This document shows, one piece after another, positions 25,849 through 39,079 of a stretch of 64,000 bases of DNA. The translations under genes and the position numbers were made by a program. The notes under the pieces were generated by a model, which saw nothing but the letters and a program-made list of their open reading frames with translations, was not told the origin of the DNA and did not search any database. Source of the DNA: Eledone cirrhosa (taxonomy: Eukaryota). Numbering within the stretch: position 1 is the first letter of the stretch; each line of letters opens with the position of its first letter. The stretch covers positions 66,836,001 to 66,900,000 of the forward strand of contig OZ024745.1 of assembly GCA_964016885.1 (NCBI GenBank). Reading direction: 5' to 3'.

Positions 25849-27820
25849 TTCAAAGGAATATAAAATAATGAGATAATGTTACATAATATAATGTTCCATA
25901 TTTTCGTTTTTACTATGGTGTCTTGGTTGCATCAGTTGGTTGCATTAGATTTAGTTGGGATTTACGTATGAAGTAACAAAAGAGCCGAAATCCAACCCAT
26001 GCAAGGCGGAATATACAGGGACGACGCCCTATTTGCGTTCCACAATTGCACTAATCGGGGAATCGATTTGCTAAAGAAACAATTACATAGATTCTTCAAA
26101 AATAATGGTCTCTCTATCACCATCGAGCCGAACCATAAAGTAGTAAACTTCCTAGACGTCACCCTGGACTCAACAATAACCAATATAACCCTTACCATAA
26201 ACCAGGTGAAATACTCACATATATTGGCCCACACTCTAACCACCCACCGACAGTAATCAGAGCAGTAATCAAATCTATCTCCTATAGGATCTCAATGCTA
26301 TCAGCAAATGAGGAGATATTTATAAACCACGCACAATATTATATGGCTCTCTCTCTGAATATGGTTATAAAGAATCAATTTATTACATACCTAAATGCCA
26401 TAATAAAGCAATTCACCATAATAAACTTAACACTAGAACTAGAAATACCTTAGCATATAGCCAGATTCGCCGGAATTTTAGCAGTAACAGCATATATACA
26501 GGGAACTTTAACGGTGGCAGCGGCCTGCTCCCCACTCCAAGTAGCAAACTAAAAATCAACCCTAGAATAGGAATGAGAAATGGGATGTTAAATAACAAAT
26601 CCCCAGGTAATAATAACCCTAGGAAGGCCCCTACCAACTCCACTAGAACCCCTAGAAGGAAGACACCTAAAAATATCACCTGGCTTAACCCCCCATTCTC
26701 ATCTAATCTAGCCACTAATATCCTCAAACGCTTCTTCTCTACCCTATCTAAAGACTCCCCCCCCCCAACCATAGATATTACAAACTCTTTAATAAAAATA
26801 ACATTAAAATCTCATTCTCCACAACATCTAACCTAGCTAGCCCCATCGCGTTCAGTAACCATCATAAGCTAAGACAGTATAACTCCCACACCGCGGTACC
26901 ACCACCCCTATCAAATACACCACGCCACTACACCAATAATTACTCTAGTAGCACACCTCCCCCATCTAATCCTTCTAGCACGGACCTACCGCTTAGGTTA
27001 AACAACCCTACTCACTAACCGCAGAAGTAACTGCAACTGCCGTTACCCCAATGCATGCCCATTAAATGGACACTGCATGACACCCAACATAGTCTATAGG
27101 TGCACGGTTAAGACTGATTCGAATACCAGCTCTGATATCGGGTCTACCTCTAACCCTTTTAAGGTACGCTATAACGCGCATTCTTTTTCCTTCCGAGACT
27201 CTAGCAACAGATGTTCGAGATCGCTAGCTAGGCTCATTAAAAATCTTAAATTAAACAACGTTCAACACTCACTAAAATGAGATATCGTGGCTAGGGCCCA
27301 ACCGTTCAATGGACGAAGAAAATCTTGTGATTTCTGTATTACGGAAGCATATTACATAACTCTATCACGACCTCTACCGATTAACGATAGAACGGAGATA
27401 ACCATTAGCTGTCAACATCAAGGACTAATTCCTTCGCCAATAGAATTGTTGACCCAACTTAGTCATGTAGCCCCATTTTTACTTGTAGCTAATAAGCTAA
27501 ATTGCTATGAACAACTCGATAATTATAAGTTACCTCCCCTACATTGTCTCTCAATTAAAAAAATTTAAAAATTAGCACTTAACTATAAACACCCACAATT
27601 TCTAATCTCTCGAGAAGTTACTTCCCCTGAAACCACCCTCTAATTCGTAAGGTAAATATGCTCTTTGGCAGCCATCTTGTTACCCATAGGCAGATCTCAC
27701 ACAATGCAGCCTCGACATTGAATACTTCTTGATTATGGCTGACAACTGATGCAACCAAGACACCATAGTAAAAACCAAAATAGGGAACATTATATTATGT
27801 AACATTATATTATGTAACAA

Positions 27821-28005
27821 GTGCGGTGAATTGGCAGTATCGGTAGAGGGTCGGACGCCATGCTTTCCAGCATAGTTACGTCCCTTTACGATCTGAGTTC
27901 ACATCCCGCCGAGGTTGACTTTGCCTTTCATCCTTACGGGGTCGATAAAATAAAGTACCAGTAATGTACTGGGTAATTGCTGGCCTTGTGCCAAAAGTAG
28001 AAACA
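27821..28005 (+). mobile_element. Full-length tRNA-derived SINE (Meta-like core) inserted in the pLTR, with TSD
   Basis: Flanked by attatattatgtaaca; absent from the other pLTR copy; core gcctttcatccttacggggtcgataaaataaagtaccag. Confidence 0.9.
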
Positions 28006-28049
28006 ATTATATTATGTAACATTACCTCATTATTTTATATTCCTTTCAA

Positions 28050-28169
28050 GTTCCGATGAGCCACTCTGTCATTCAAATATGTTAATTATTTTCAACTGAA
28101 CCAGATCAATTATGATATATAGTCATCTGATCCAGAAATATTATATGGAGTAGCGAAACAATTGTAAAC
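28050..28169 (+). ncRNA. Hammerhead with U4C core and ~95-nt stem II domain (family E)
   Basis: gtt-CCGATGA-gccactc...gagtagc-GAAA-caattg-TA-aac. Confidence 0.62.
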
Positions 28170-28365
28170 CGACATTATTATTATTATTTTATTCTCTACA
28201 TTGCTTACATCAAACTAAAATATGTTGACAATCTTTTAATAATGTCTTCCTTGTGAAATTTGTGGTCTTGTTTTGCTTAACTGATGAATATATATATATA
28301 TATAAACCACCTTCACCACTATTTGATTTGACAGATGCCTTTAACACAAGTAGTTCGTGTGTAAG

Positions 28366-28420
28366 TATATAAATATATACATATATATATATACATATAT
28401 ATACGTATATATATATATAC

Positions 28421-28496
<76 letters not shown>
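28366..28496. repeat. (TA)n microsatellite
   Basis: Directly visible. Confidence 0.95.
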
Positions 28497-28498
<2 letters not shown>

Positions 28499-30169
28499 GC
28501 TTCTGTGTCTGTGTCTATATTTATGTTTGCAGTTTGCATGTATGAATGAATACACTAAGCTTTAGATTTAGTAGAATGTACAACCATTGATTCCAGCTAT
28601 TTGCACTTTCGTCTATTTTGATTTTTAGTAATTCCATGGGGAATTGGTTGACCAAATGCTTTGCTTAATTGTTTTATTTATTTTTTATTTTTATTTTGTT
28701 CTTTCTCTTAGATTTCAGATATATTTTAAAAGCAAAGCATTGGCCCCTAAAATACTACAGTGCACCCTGAAATGCTACCGTGGGCCCCCTGGGGCCCACT
28801 TGCCTTTGGGCAACCTGACCAGACCGCCATTTCGGTATTAAGACCGCCCATTTCGGTATTAAAAACTCACTCACGCATCCGACATCAACATAGATAATCC
28901 TAGGTAAATAAAAGATAGAGACATTATTACATGAGTTTTTCTTTAAACTATAGAGGACAAAGATTAAGCATTATAATTCTGGTACACTATCCTTTCGGCC
29001 AACGTCTGTATGTTAATGAAGTTCTGTATATTACTTTGCAATAAATTTCAATGAACGACTTTGCAATCTCACATCTCATTAATCCTTTTTATTCATCAAA
29101 ATAAATAAAATTATTAAAAGGTGAGTTATAAAAGATAATTTACTACATAGCACTAGCTATGAAATATATAGTTTCTTAAATATGAAAAGTCTATAAAATT
29201 TGCGGCATCAGCGCAATGAAAAAGAATATAAAGGAAATTAATATACACTAACCTGCAATTGAAAGTTGTAAAACAGCCGATTTTTCTCGAAAATCTTGTG
29301 GAGAAGCTAATATTATAAAGGTAATTTCCTACTATCTTTTTTCGATCATGTGCCAAATATTAGCAATCTATGCAGATGTAGTCTTTTCGTATCCAATAAT
29401 GGAGCTAAACTTTCACAGTCTACAGGCTTTCATTCAAAATCGATATAGATTATTTTGGAAAAGAAGAGCAACTTCCTTCACGAATTGGGTTATATTTCAG
29501 ATAACATATTGCGTGGGAAAGATCACACGAACTACAAAATTCAAATAATTGATTATTTAAAATACCGTCGAAAGTCAGGACGCTATGGCTGCATCCGCGA
29601 GAATATTCCTATTTAAAACATGTGTTACATTTGATAAATATGTCACATATGCCTAATATATGCAAATTACCTACACCTAGTTTAAATCATAAATAGATAA
29701 AAATTGAAATTTTGAATAAATAATAATTGAAAATGTTCCAGCAATGGTTACATTTATGGATTGCATCGACAAGTCTGGTGGTTTCGAAACACAGAGGGAA
29801 TAAGTTGCAGATCTCGTTTGTTTTTTTATTTTCTTAATGGTGATAAATATATGCTTACGTTTTGATGAAGCAGAAATTTATCGCGTTTAAAATATTGAAA
29901 AAGAAATTAAGTACACCTATTGAAATTATCAGGGATGAAAATTTTGTATTGTTATGCTCGGGGTGATAATGCATGTTTAAAGGATCCATTTGTTAAAAAC
30001 TTGATATATTTGATGAATGAAAATGTACAAACAGATGTTTGTCACTAACGTCACTAACAAAAATTAGAAAACTATTTTTCTATCCACATCTCAATTTTTT
30101 TATGATCATTCTGCATAGAGTGTTAAAAGCTGCGATTTATTAAACAGTGCAAAAATCAACTAAGTTTCG

Positions 30170-30408
30170 AAATAATAATAATTATAATTGTTTCTAGTTT
30201 TGGCACAAGGCCAGCAATTACCCAGTACATTGCTGGTACTTTATTTTATCGACCCCGTAAGGATGAAAGTTAAAATAATAATAATTATAATTATAATAAT
30301 AATAATTGTTTCTACTTTTGGCACAATGCCAGCAATTACTCAGTACATTACAGGTACTTTATTCTATCGACCCCGTAAGGATGAAAGGCAAAGTTAACCT
30401 TGACGGGA
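30170..30408 (-). mobile_element. Two tandem SINE 3' halves with (TTA)n tails
   Basis: Repeated aattgtttcta.ttttggcacaa.gccagcaattac.cagtacatt..ggtactttatt.tatcgaccccgtaaggatgaaag. Confidence 0.85.
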
Positions 30409-32335
30409 GGCAGTGTGGATTGAGACAGTTCAAAAAGAGATTAGTGAACAATCACACCAACAACCTGATCACAGTTGAAACTCTTAAAGGGCAGGCCAAA
30501 AAACTACCCAACTGGAAATCACCAGGCCCAGATGGTGTGCAAGGATATTGGATTAAAAATATAACATCCCTCCACCCGAAACTGACAACTATGTTCAAAG
30601 ACTGCTTGATGTCGGTTGAGTTACCAGAGTGGTTGACAAAAGGTACCACAGTTCTGGTAATGAAAGACCGAATCAAGGGTAATGATGTTACCAACTATAG
30701 GCCTATCACATGTCTGTCCGTAATGTCGAAACTGTTAACAAGCATTTTGCCTGAGGAAATCTAACATCATCTCCACATAAATAACTTGTTACCGGACGAA
30801 CAGAAAGGATGCCAAAAGAAGGCCCGTGGTACAAAAGACCGGTTACTTATTGATAAGATGGTAATGAGGAATTGCAAGAGGAGACACACTGGTCTCGCCA
30901 TGGGATGGATAGATTACAAAAAGGCATTCGACATGGTACCTCATTCTTGGATAACCAAAAGCCTAGAGATCTTCAAGGTGGCAGATAGCATCAGACAGTT
31001 GTTGAACAAAGTATGAAGTCCTGGGAAACAAAGTTAACATCGGGTCGAGAATCCTTGGGAGGCGTGAAGATCAAGATAGGTATCTTCCAGGGAGATAGTT
31101 TGTACCCTCTGCTGTTTGTCCTTGCCCTGATACCCCTGACCGTTATATTGCGAAAAGTGAGGGCAGGATACAAGTTGGGGAAAAGGAGAGCTTACCATCA
31201 AAAGGAGAGTTTACCACTTCCTCTTAATGGACGATCTTAAACTCTTTGGGAAGAGTGAGAAGGAGTTGGATGTACTTGTTGACACTGTTCGTATTTTCAG
31301 CAATGATATATGTATGGAATTTGGTATTAATAAGTGTGGAGTCCTTGTGAAGAAGAGGGGTAAATTGAGCAGAAGCAACGGAATCCAGGTACCAACAGGT
31401 GAGATGATAAAGGAAATTGACACTGAAGAAGGATACAAATATTTAGGTGTTCTGGAGGCAGATGACAACAAGAACAAAAAAATGAAGGAATTGATAAGAT
31501 CTGTGTACATAAGGAGAGTAAGAAGCGTATTAAAATCACATCTAAATAGTAGGAATGCCATAAACTGCAGTAAATTCCCGAGCTGTGTCTATTATTATGT
31601 ACAGTGCGGGAATTCTTAAATGGAATGTTGCTGAACAAAAAGAAATGGATAGGAAGACTAGGAAGCTATTGACTATCTACAACATGTTCCACAAGAGGAG
31701 TGATGTCGATAGACTCGACTTAAAGAGATCTGAAGGTGGAAGAGGTCTTATCAGCATAGAGGACTGTGTTCAAAGGAGAGAAAAACAATCTGTACAAATA
31801 CGTGACTGACAGTAGGGAGCCAATGCTCAAATTTGTACTGAAGGAGAAGACAATAGACCAGGGGATGTCCAAGGAGGAAATAACAACAAGGAGGAAGAGC
31901 AACCTTCATGAAATATCCCTTCAGAGTACCTTTTTTAAGAAAACTGAATTTTGAGATCAGCAGACATGGAACTGGTTAAAAAGATGAGACCTTAAAAAAT
32001 CTACAGAAGGAATGCTAATGGCTGCGCAAGAGTAGGCCCTCAGAACGAAGTGGGTGAAACACGATATCTACAAGGAGGAGGCTAGCTCACTGTGTAGGAT
32101 CTCTGGAGAGAGGAGACTGTGGCTCACATTGTATCCGAGTGTAAACACCTAGCCCAGACTCACTATAAAGGCTGGAGACATGATGTGATAGGCAGGGTGA
32201 TCCACTGGAATCTATGCAAAGTAAACAATTTACCACATTCTGAGAAGTAGTATGAGCATAAGCCAGAGTCGGTGATAGAAAACGATCAGATGACGGTGCT
32301 ATGGATATTAGGATACAGACAGACAAGTAATTAGT
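30409..32335 (+). mobile_element. R4/Dong-like LINE remnant (different family)
   Basis: [54 protein letters not shown], degenerate CCHC and RHD; stops and frameshifts. Confidence 0.9.
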
Positions 32336-32342
32336 ACATTAA

Positions 32343-32560
32343 TCACACCTGAACTTTGTAAATGCTTCGGAAAAAAATTATTTCTTTACATGAAATACAA
32401 CTTTTAAAAGGAAGGCCAATAGTGTACAATGAAACTGTTATACTTTCTGTAAGAACAATTTTGATGCATTTATATCTGCTTTTCAACTTGGGCAGGGGCG
32501 CATATTCTGCTGATATAACAGCTGCATATTTCACTTGAAACTGTTATTTAAGATATAGCT
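32343..32560 (-). pseudogene. Possible decayed LGR/GRL101-type GPCR TM4-TM5 exon
   Basis: AVISAEYAPLPKLKSRYKCIKIVLTESITVSLYTIGL loosely parallels LGR IALLP..G.S.Y...ICLP..ET.LSQVYI; ends at CAG|GT. Confidence 0.25.
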
Positions 32561-33455
32561 TTCCAATGAACAATTTATTTTCCATATAACTTTATATTTT
32601 CATGTTAATAGAGCACTTATATAACTCTGGTTTGAGCAATTATCTAGAAAACAGTTATTTTAGCTCACTATGTAATCGTTATGCAATAATGTTCTATTAT
32701 ACTGGGAGCCATTATTTGATAGAGTTAATGCTATTTGATTTGAAATCGTTAGATATCGGAAATCATTACATAGATTCATGAGTTGAAGAATATGTTTCCT
32801 ATGATATTTCTTACTCAATAAGGTTCTCCTTTCATTCTGAGGGAATACAATATTTATAACATATAAAACATTTTTTTTTTTTAATTGGGGATAAAAAGAA
32901 CCGATATTTGTAAAGTTATGTTATTTATAATTCGCAATGAATTGAATAAGTTTTATAATGACATCCTTAAACTCCTGGAGTATTGGGAATGTTTTCCGAC
33001 TTCAAAACCCTTTTAATCGAGTTTGTAAACTAAGTGTCTGCTGCATCCAACTTAATATGTTTGTATATATAACCATTAATTCTCATCAGTGGCGACTCCA
33101 AGGAATGGGGTATGATTTTATTGATTTAAGTATGTGAATGTGTATGTGGGTGTCAATGAATAAGTGCGTGTGTGTATGTGTTAGTACGTGTGTGTGTCTA
33201 TCAAAAAAGGAGTTGGTCTTGGAGACAGAATGCATGCCTATAGGTTATAAAGATTTTGTGATCAGTAATCACCCTTTTGTTGACATTCAGACAGCAGAAT
33301 TAATGGATATGCAATTTAATCTGAACAGGTTAGTTTTGTATGCTACTATAGTATAATATATCCTATGTTAAACCGGGATCACTAAAAAATATCATCCGCT
33401 ATTAATATACTGTTAACGGAAGACGATTATTTAAAACATTTCCTCAGTGTTCATA

Positions 33456-33533
33456 CAGGGTGTCCCAAAGGTCACTAGGCCATTTCAAATTATAATATAT
33501 ATAAAAATCCCAGGTGGCGTTTGGGTCATCCTA
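33456..33533. mobile_element. Tiny Tc1/mariner-type MITE
   Basis: TA|cagggtgtcccaaa ... tttgggtcatccta|TA, imperfect 14-bp TIR. Confidence 0.5.
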
Positions 33534-33818
33534 TATTGTACTATTAGTTCTATTCCAATAAATTCAACATATATTACTTCGCATCTACACATTGATGAGT
33601 TATGATATTTCATACATGTGATGTGGAGATACAATAGATCTAACATGTTCTATATTTCTCTAATATACTAATATAAATACAAGACGAAAGTACGGAAACA
33701 TAACTTAATATACATTTAAGAATTAAATATATAGCTTAGCAGTAATCTACTCTTTCCAAAGAGGCCCTGTGTTGGCCGCCTAACAAATCAAACTGAAGCT
33801 TGCTGAAGTATCCGACGC

Positions 33819-34094
33819 TCAGCTCTGTAAATCATCATTTCTCGTTAAGTAAATGAATGGTTGACACGTTGAAATTATGTAGTCGGAATTGCAGACATAA
33901 ATCAAGAAAAATCTGTTTAGGACTAGATTTCGAGATATAGAAGATGCTATTAGCATTGCAATGAAGATATAACAATTTGATATAAACGAAATTACTTTAA
34001 TTGTATCGTTTACAAAATATAACTTAATATAAAACGCTCCCTTCAGTATTTTTTCAATTGTCATACAGTTAACGGGGTTTCTAGTACGTTGCAC
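33819..34094 (-). pseudogene. Possible decayed LGR/GRL101-type GPCR TM1-TM2 segment
   Basis: VISFISNCYIFIAMLIASSISRNLVLNRFFLIYVCNSDYII parallels LGR GN..V....VPRFLMCNLAFAD. Confidence 0.3.
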
Positions 34095-34394
34095 ACTATT
34101 TAAACCAAAGATATTAAAATTAAAGATATTTGAAACTTATTTGCATATGTGGTGGAGGTATTTGTGTATATTTATAATCAGCCAATTATGGATAAAAAAG
34201 GGAAAACATATATAAGCACATCTTTAAGGTATTTCAAAAAATTCTATTTAGGTTGTAACTCTAACGGTTATATTATCTTCCGATGCATCTATTTTCAATA
34301 AATAAAATCCAAATACATATAAAACAATATCAACAATAGAAACATACACAAACACATGAGAACATATACACCTACAAGCATGCATTCACGTGCA

Positions 34395-34447
<53 letters not shown>

Positions 34448-34611
34448 GAAAGGAGGAAGTTATAGTTCAGTTGAAGCATTGTATCTTTTGCATTTGCATT
34501 TATATTCTATATCCATACCTGCATTGTTTTGGCTTTACAAATACAAACGTTTATATATATATAATAACATAACAGGAGGCTGGGCTGGTGTAATTCCCTA
34601 AAAGGTTTATT

Positions 34612-34669
34612 ATACTATGATCATTTCACTGACCGGATTCAGTATGAATCCGGTGACATCATCAGGTAT
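34612..34669 (-). ncRNA. Hammerhead ribozyme (family F)
   Basis: atac-CTGATGA-tgtc[accggattca/tgaatccggt]cagt-GAAA-tgatca-TA-gtat. Confidence 0.85.
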
Positions 34670-34842
34670 TTGAAATATAACAAAGTAATATAACAGATAA
34701 AATCCATGGGGCTGAAAATCAGAGACAAGAGGACGACCGAGGGCGGCCGACCGAGATAGAAGCTGCTAACTGGTGAGTCGTCCTTTTGTCTCTGATTTTC
34801 ATCCCCATGGATTTTATGTTATATTCCTTTGTTATATTTCAA

Positions 34843-34900
34843 ATACCTGATGATGTCACCGGATTCATACTGAACCTGGTCATTGAAATGATCATCGTAT
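34843..34900 (+). ncRNA. Hammerhead ribozyme (family F)
   Basis: atac-CTGATGA-..-GAAA-tgatca-TC-gtat; predicted cleavage after C34896. Confidence 0.85.
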
Positions 34901-35091
34901 AATAAACCTTTCAAGGATTTACACAAGTCCAGCCTCCTGTTATTTTATAATAATTAACTCCGTACTCGCACCACCAACTACACAAACGAACACGGGTGAG
35001 TGGCATTACGTTGAGTGCTCTCCATAATATTACATCGAGGTTGACCATACGGAATGACCTGTTCTATCCAGTGGTGAACCAACAAACCTAA

Positions 35092-35138
<47 letters not shown>

Positions 35139-35141
35139 TAT

Positions 35142-35202
<61 letters not shown>

Positions 35203-36432
35203 CACCACTCTTAGTCCTTTTCGTATATATAAAATATTTACTGTTTACACGTCCTAAACGTCGCATTCTTCTCTGTTCAAACTCTGAATATTTTAGATCC
35301 CTAAACTGATACTACTTTAAAGAATCGTTCGGAATTGGTTTTTCTCTTATTTTGTTATCTCTATTTCAATTATCGATTGGAATTCGCATACTAACGTCAT
35401 GTAAATTATGTTTAGGTTTTATTTATTTAATTATTTATAAAATATATATCACCTTTAGCATTAGAATTCGTATAGTTTTATATACAGATCTTACTTGAAA
35501 ATATATAACAAATATTCTCCACTTTGCCTTTATAGAAGTATATAGCAGAAATTAATAATTGAATTTAGGTATTGATTACATAGTTATATCTAATGTTCTC
35601 AAATAGATTGAGTATTAATGTATTTCTTTGAAAATACTGTAATAACGAATATACAATTGTTATTCTTTGTTGGAAGTTTATTTGAGAATTAAATTGTTTA
35701 TTGTTATTATTAATGATTACTGTATTAGAGATGATTCTAGATCTAATATTATTTAGTAATTCTGCAAAATTATAATAGTACAGTGCAAAACTAAATAATG
35801 TTTCGAATATATATGGTTAAAAGTATATCAGCACTTCATGAGATTATATATATTTGGTACATTTATGATGTTTCAATGCAGGTTCAGTAATATTCATTAT
35901 ATATTATTGCAGCTATAACTATTTAGTCAATATATATCTTCGCGATTGAAGTGGAGATTTTTATAACAAAAACGTTCACATTAAACTCAGATCGACTTTG
36001 TTCATTATCGATTTGGGAGCAATGGCATAAAATATCTACTAAGCATGTAAAGAAATTGATTTATATGACTCTCTTGTATTTCAGATTTATTGTGACAAAT
36101 ATAAATACAAAGTATCGCTAGTTAGTATATTTTCTCAATTAATAATAATAAGTTATTCACACTGATGGGGGATTTAGTTGAGTGTTAGTAGAAGGAGGCA
36201 TGATAAAATTAAAAGTTATGATTAAACCTAGGTACTGTTTGGCGGCCAATAGCCGGTTGCACGGCGGATTCCAAGTCTGGGGGGAGGGGCCAGGGCGAAA
36301 GAGCCGTTCCGAGTATTTTCGTTTACCGAAAGAAGATGAAATTTAATTTTTCAAAGCCCTCTAGGAAGGCTGATCGACCCGAGCGCCTCCTGTTATTTTA
36401 TAATTATATATATATATATATATGTCCTGAAC

Positions 36433-36524
36433 CTTTTCCTATTACCCATTCTACTACCCAAAGTATCGGGTACTCTGGTGCGTTATGGTCCACCTGGTTC
36501 CTTACCACACTTCCTTCGTTATAT
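36433..36524 (+). repeat. Dispersed repeat, copy of 14537-14630
   Basis: Visible reverse-complement homology; next to (TA)n. Confidence 0.8.
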
Positions 36525-36694
36525 ATGAGATCTTTAATATCTCATATAAAATAATACACCCAATTATCCACACAATACAATATAGTTAGCACTCAAACGT
36601 TTAATTGGGAATATACTCCGGTATTTCCTAATGTTTGTTGAGTGAGTTAGAAATTGGTCGGAGTATCGCTAATAGATTTCTCCGTTTATGTAAT

Positions 36695-36730
<36 letters not shown>

Positions 36731-36889
36731 TAGATAGATAGAGAGAGGGGGTAGATGGGGAGGCCGAAGTCATGGTACCACGAGGCAGCTTGCACCTGGG
36801 GTTTGCACGCCAGAGAACTCCCTCCCATACTGTTCAGGCTTCTACCATTGGTGAAGCCATTATATAGCTTGCTTCTATTTACATTTGTC

Positions 36890-37330
36890 ACACACTTACA
36901 TTTGTGTACGGATAAAACAAGGTTGTGTACTGGCACGCGAGCTTTTCGGCATGATGTTTTAATGTTTTCAGTTTTGCTGACTGACATATTCCATGACAAG
37001 GATGATAATTTCATCATACTCTAAAGCAGTGACGCTAAGCTCTTCAACTGGTGTTGATTACAAACAGGAACCAAGATGAAGGAATACTCGGTGTGTGAAT
37101 TCCTGTTTGAGAATGAGCGAGCTCTCAGTGAAAGTACAGAGTCTGAGATGCAACATTACATGAATTGACTCTCCTCTACATACCGTAACCAGCCTCACCA
37201 TCAGCATAAAGTAGACCCTTGTAGTCAGAGAAGTAACTAGGATATGGCAAGTTGACACGTGCCCTGAGCGCCACGTGAATGGGGCGACAATTGGACTAGG
37301 AGCACGTTCTATTAGAGTCAAATAAGCCTT
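36890..37330 (+). mobile_element. RTE/BovB-like RT remnant
   Basis: KQGCVLA, MFSVLLTD, KLFN, FLFENERAL (FADDCAL-like), ESEMQ, LTIS. Confidence 0.7.
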
Positions 37331-37432
37331 GTCGGAGAGTGAAAAAAGAAATTCCTTCAGATGTATAATCTGTCTCTGATTATCCTGGGTGAGAACATTA
37401 TGGTAGCTGGATCATGAAACCATTTATATAAA

Positions 37433-37909
37433 CTAGCAGAAAAACCACCCTTCGGGTGGTTTTCTGCTAGCATGTGTAGTGTGTATATTAATATTATACG
37501 CAAGTATATATACATGTAGATATGATACGTCAAATAAAATCGTAATTGACAATATACACAGAAATTGAACGAAAGACTGTTACACTATCTTATGTAATCA
37601 GTAACGTAATCCATTAAAAAAAAGACGATATTATATATATAAACTGCATTAGGAAAAAATTAGTGACAGAAAATTAATATGTTTATTTAAGCGATCGCCA
37701 CCGAAAGTGTTGACATTTAAACATTTTAAAGAAGTGAATCTTTAAATAAATAATAAAATATATTTAATGAACAGCCACGAAATTTAGTAGATAAAGTATG
37801 TAATATTCATTCATTATTTATTCAAAGTAATCCAACCTATTTTACTAATGGGATAAAAAATCATAAATCCGTACACAGTCCCGCGCTTCTTACTTTATTA
37901 TAGTTTAGA
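37433..37909 (-). mobile_element. Non-autonomous Helitron, copy 2 (complete)
   Basis: Minus strand A|TC...ccacccgaagggtgg hairpin...CTAG|T. Confidence 0.8.
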
Positions 37910-38109
37910 TACCGGTCTTCTATGTGGTTTCTTTTGTCAGAATTGGATCAATTAAAATCATTTTATTTTTTAGTAGAAATTTCTGTAACGGTTTAGTAAT
38001 GTTCGAATAGTTTTCCAAATGTTATTCGCTAAAACATATATATTAATCTCAAATATCATGACTAATGTCTCTCAGAAACAATGACCTATAATAATATATA
38101 TATAGAAAT

Positions 38110-38520
38110 TATTGAGGTTAACTTTGCCTTTCATCCTTACGGGGTCGATAAAATAAAGTACCAGTAATGTACTGGGTAATTGCTGGCGTTGTGCCTAAAG
38201 TAGAAACAATTATTATCCTTACTAACTAGAACATAGATATATATTATCTGCGATAAAAAACACCAATGTTTGGTTGCTTTGTTTGAGCTTCATTTGACCT
38301 ATTACAATACTTACATTTCATTATGTTATGGTGGATTGGCAGTATCGGTAGAGGGTCGGACGCCATGCTTTGCAGCAAAGAGTTACTTCCCTTAACGGAC
38401 TGAGTTCAAATCCCGCCGAGGTTAACTTTGCATTTCATCCTTACGGGGTTGATAAAGTAAAGTACCAGTAATAAACTGATTAATTGCTGGCCTTGTGCCA
38501 AAAAGTAGAAACAATTATTT
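38110..38520 (+). mobile_element. Two SINE copies (38110-38215 partial; 38328-38520 full)
   Basis: Same family as 27821-28005. Confidence 0.85.
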
Positions 38521-39079
38521 TATATTTTCTTTATCTGTATAGGAGTACTTTTTTTATTCTAGTTACAACATAATATTCAACTCTCATAAAGCCCCATAAT
38601 GTAGATTTGCAATTTTCAATATTACAAAGGAGGGTAAATTTCTAACGTCTATCTTAGGCCATGATGCTGTATTTATATGATGATAAAGATTTTCTAAACA
38701 ATATTCCTGCCGTCCTTGTTTTTTTTTGCTTTTTTTGTTTGTTTATGTATTGATGCTTATCTTATTATTTATGTCTATATATCTCACGAGCATTGTAGTA
38801 TGATAATGTTTTTCTGTGTACTTATGCACATAGGCGCAGGGACATATATTGCCACAAATATAACACACACTCACACACATTCACAGATACTCACGTACAT
38901 TAATACAAACTTTCTCAATAAAATAAACATAAAAGGTAAATGTACTGTTACGGGTTTAGTTCATGCAATTGTTTCTACATGCCAAACGTTCTATAGTCTG
39001 AATCTCTATCCTTCTTAAATTGTAACAGATGAATTTGTATTTGGATTAATATGAGAGTTTAACATGATTTACTCATAAA

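Larger units (their letters stand above)
25601..28290 (+). mobile_element. Penelope-like element (Naiad-like), 5'-truncated with inverted pLTR
   Basis: GIYRDDAL, VNFLDVTLD, WLNPPFSSN, CNCR..CPLNGHC..IVYRC..IG..FKVRYNAH, CDFC over 25999-27420; inverted repeats 25601-25938/27742-28290. Confidence 0.9.
34560..34950. mobile_element. ORF-less fold-back element with a hammerhead on each strand (family F)
   Basis: Arms ~34560-34737 and ~34775-34950 are reverse complements; short spacer; (TA)n on the left, tail to (TA)n at 35097. Confidence 0.85.

Noticed and set aside
27278-27280. In-frame TGA in a Naiad-like GIY-YIG as selenocysteine
   Set aside because: Aligns to a conserved Trp (W in the other element), not Cys; the copy has other disabling lesions
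28821-28861. 20-bp tandem duplication agaccgccatttcggtatta
   Set aside because: Simple local duplication with no associated element
36240-36310. HDV-like ribozyme
   Set aside because: P2/P3-like pairings are possible but no P1 partner for the G-run was found
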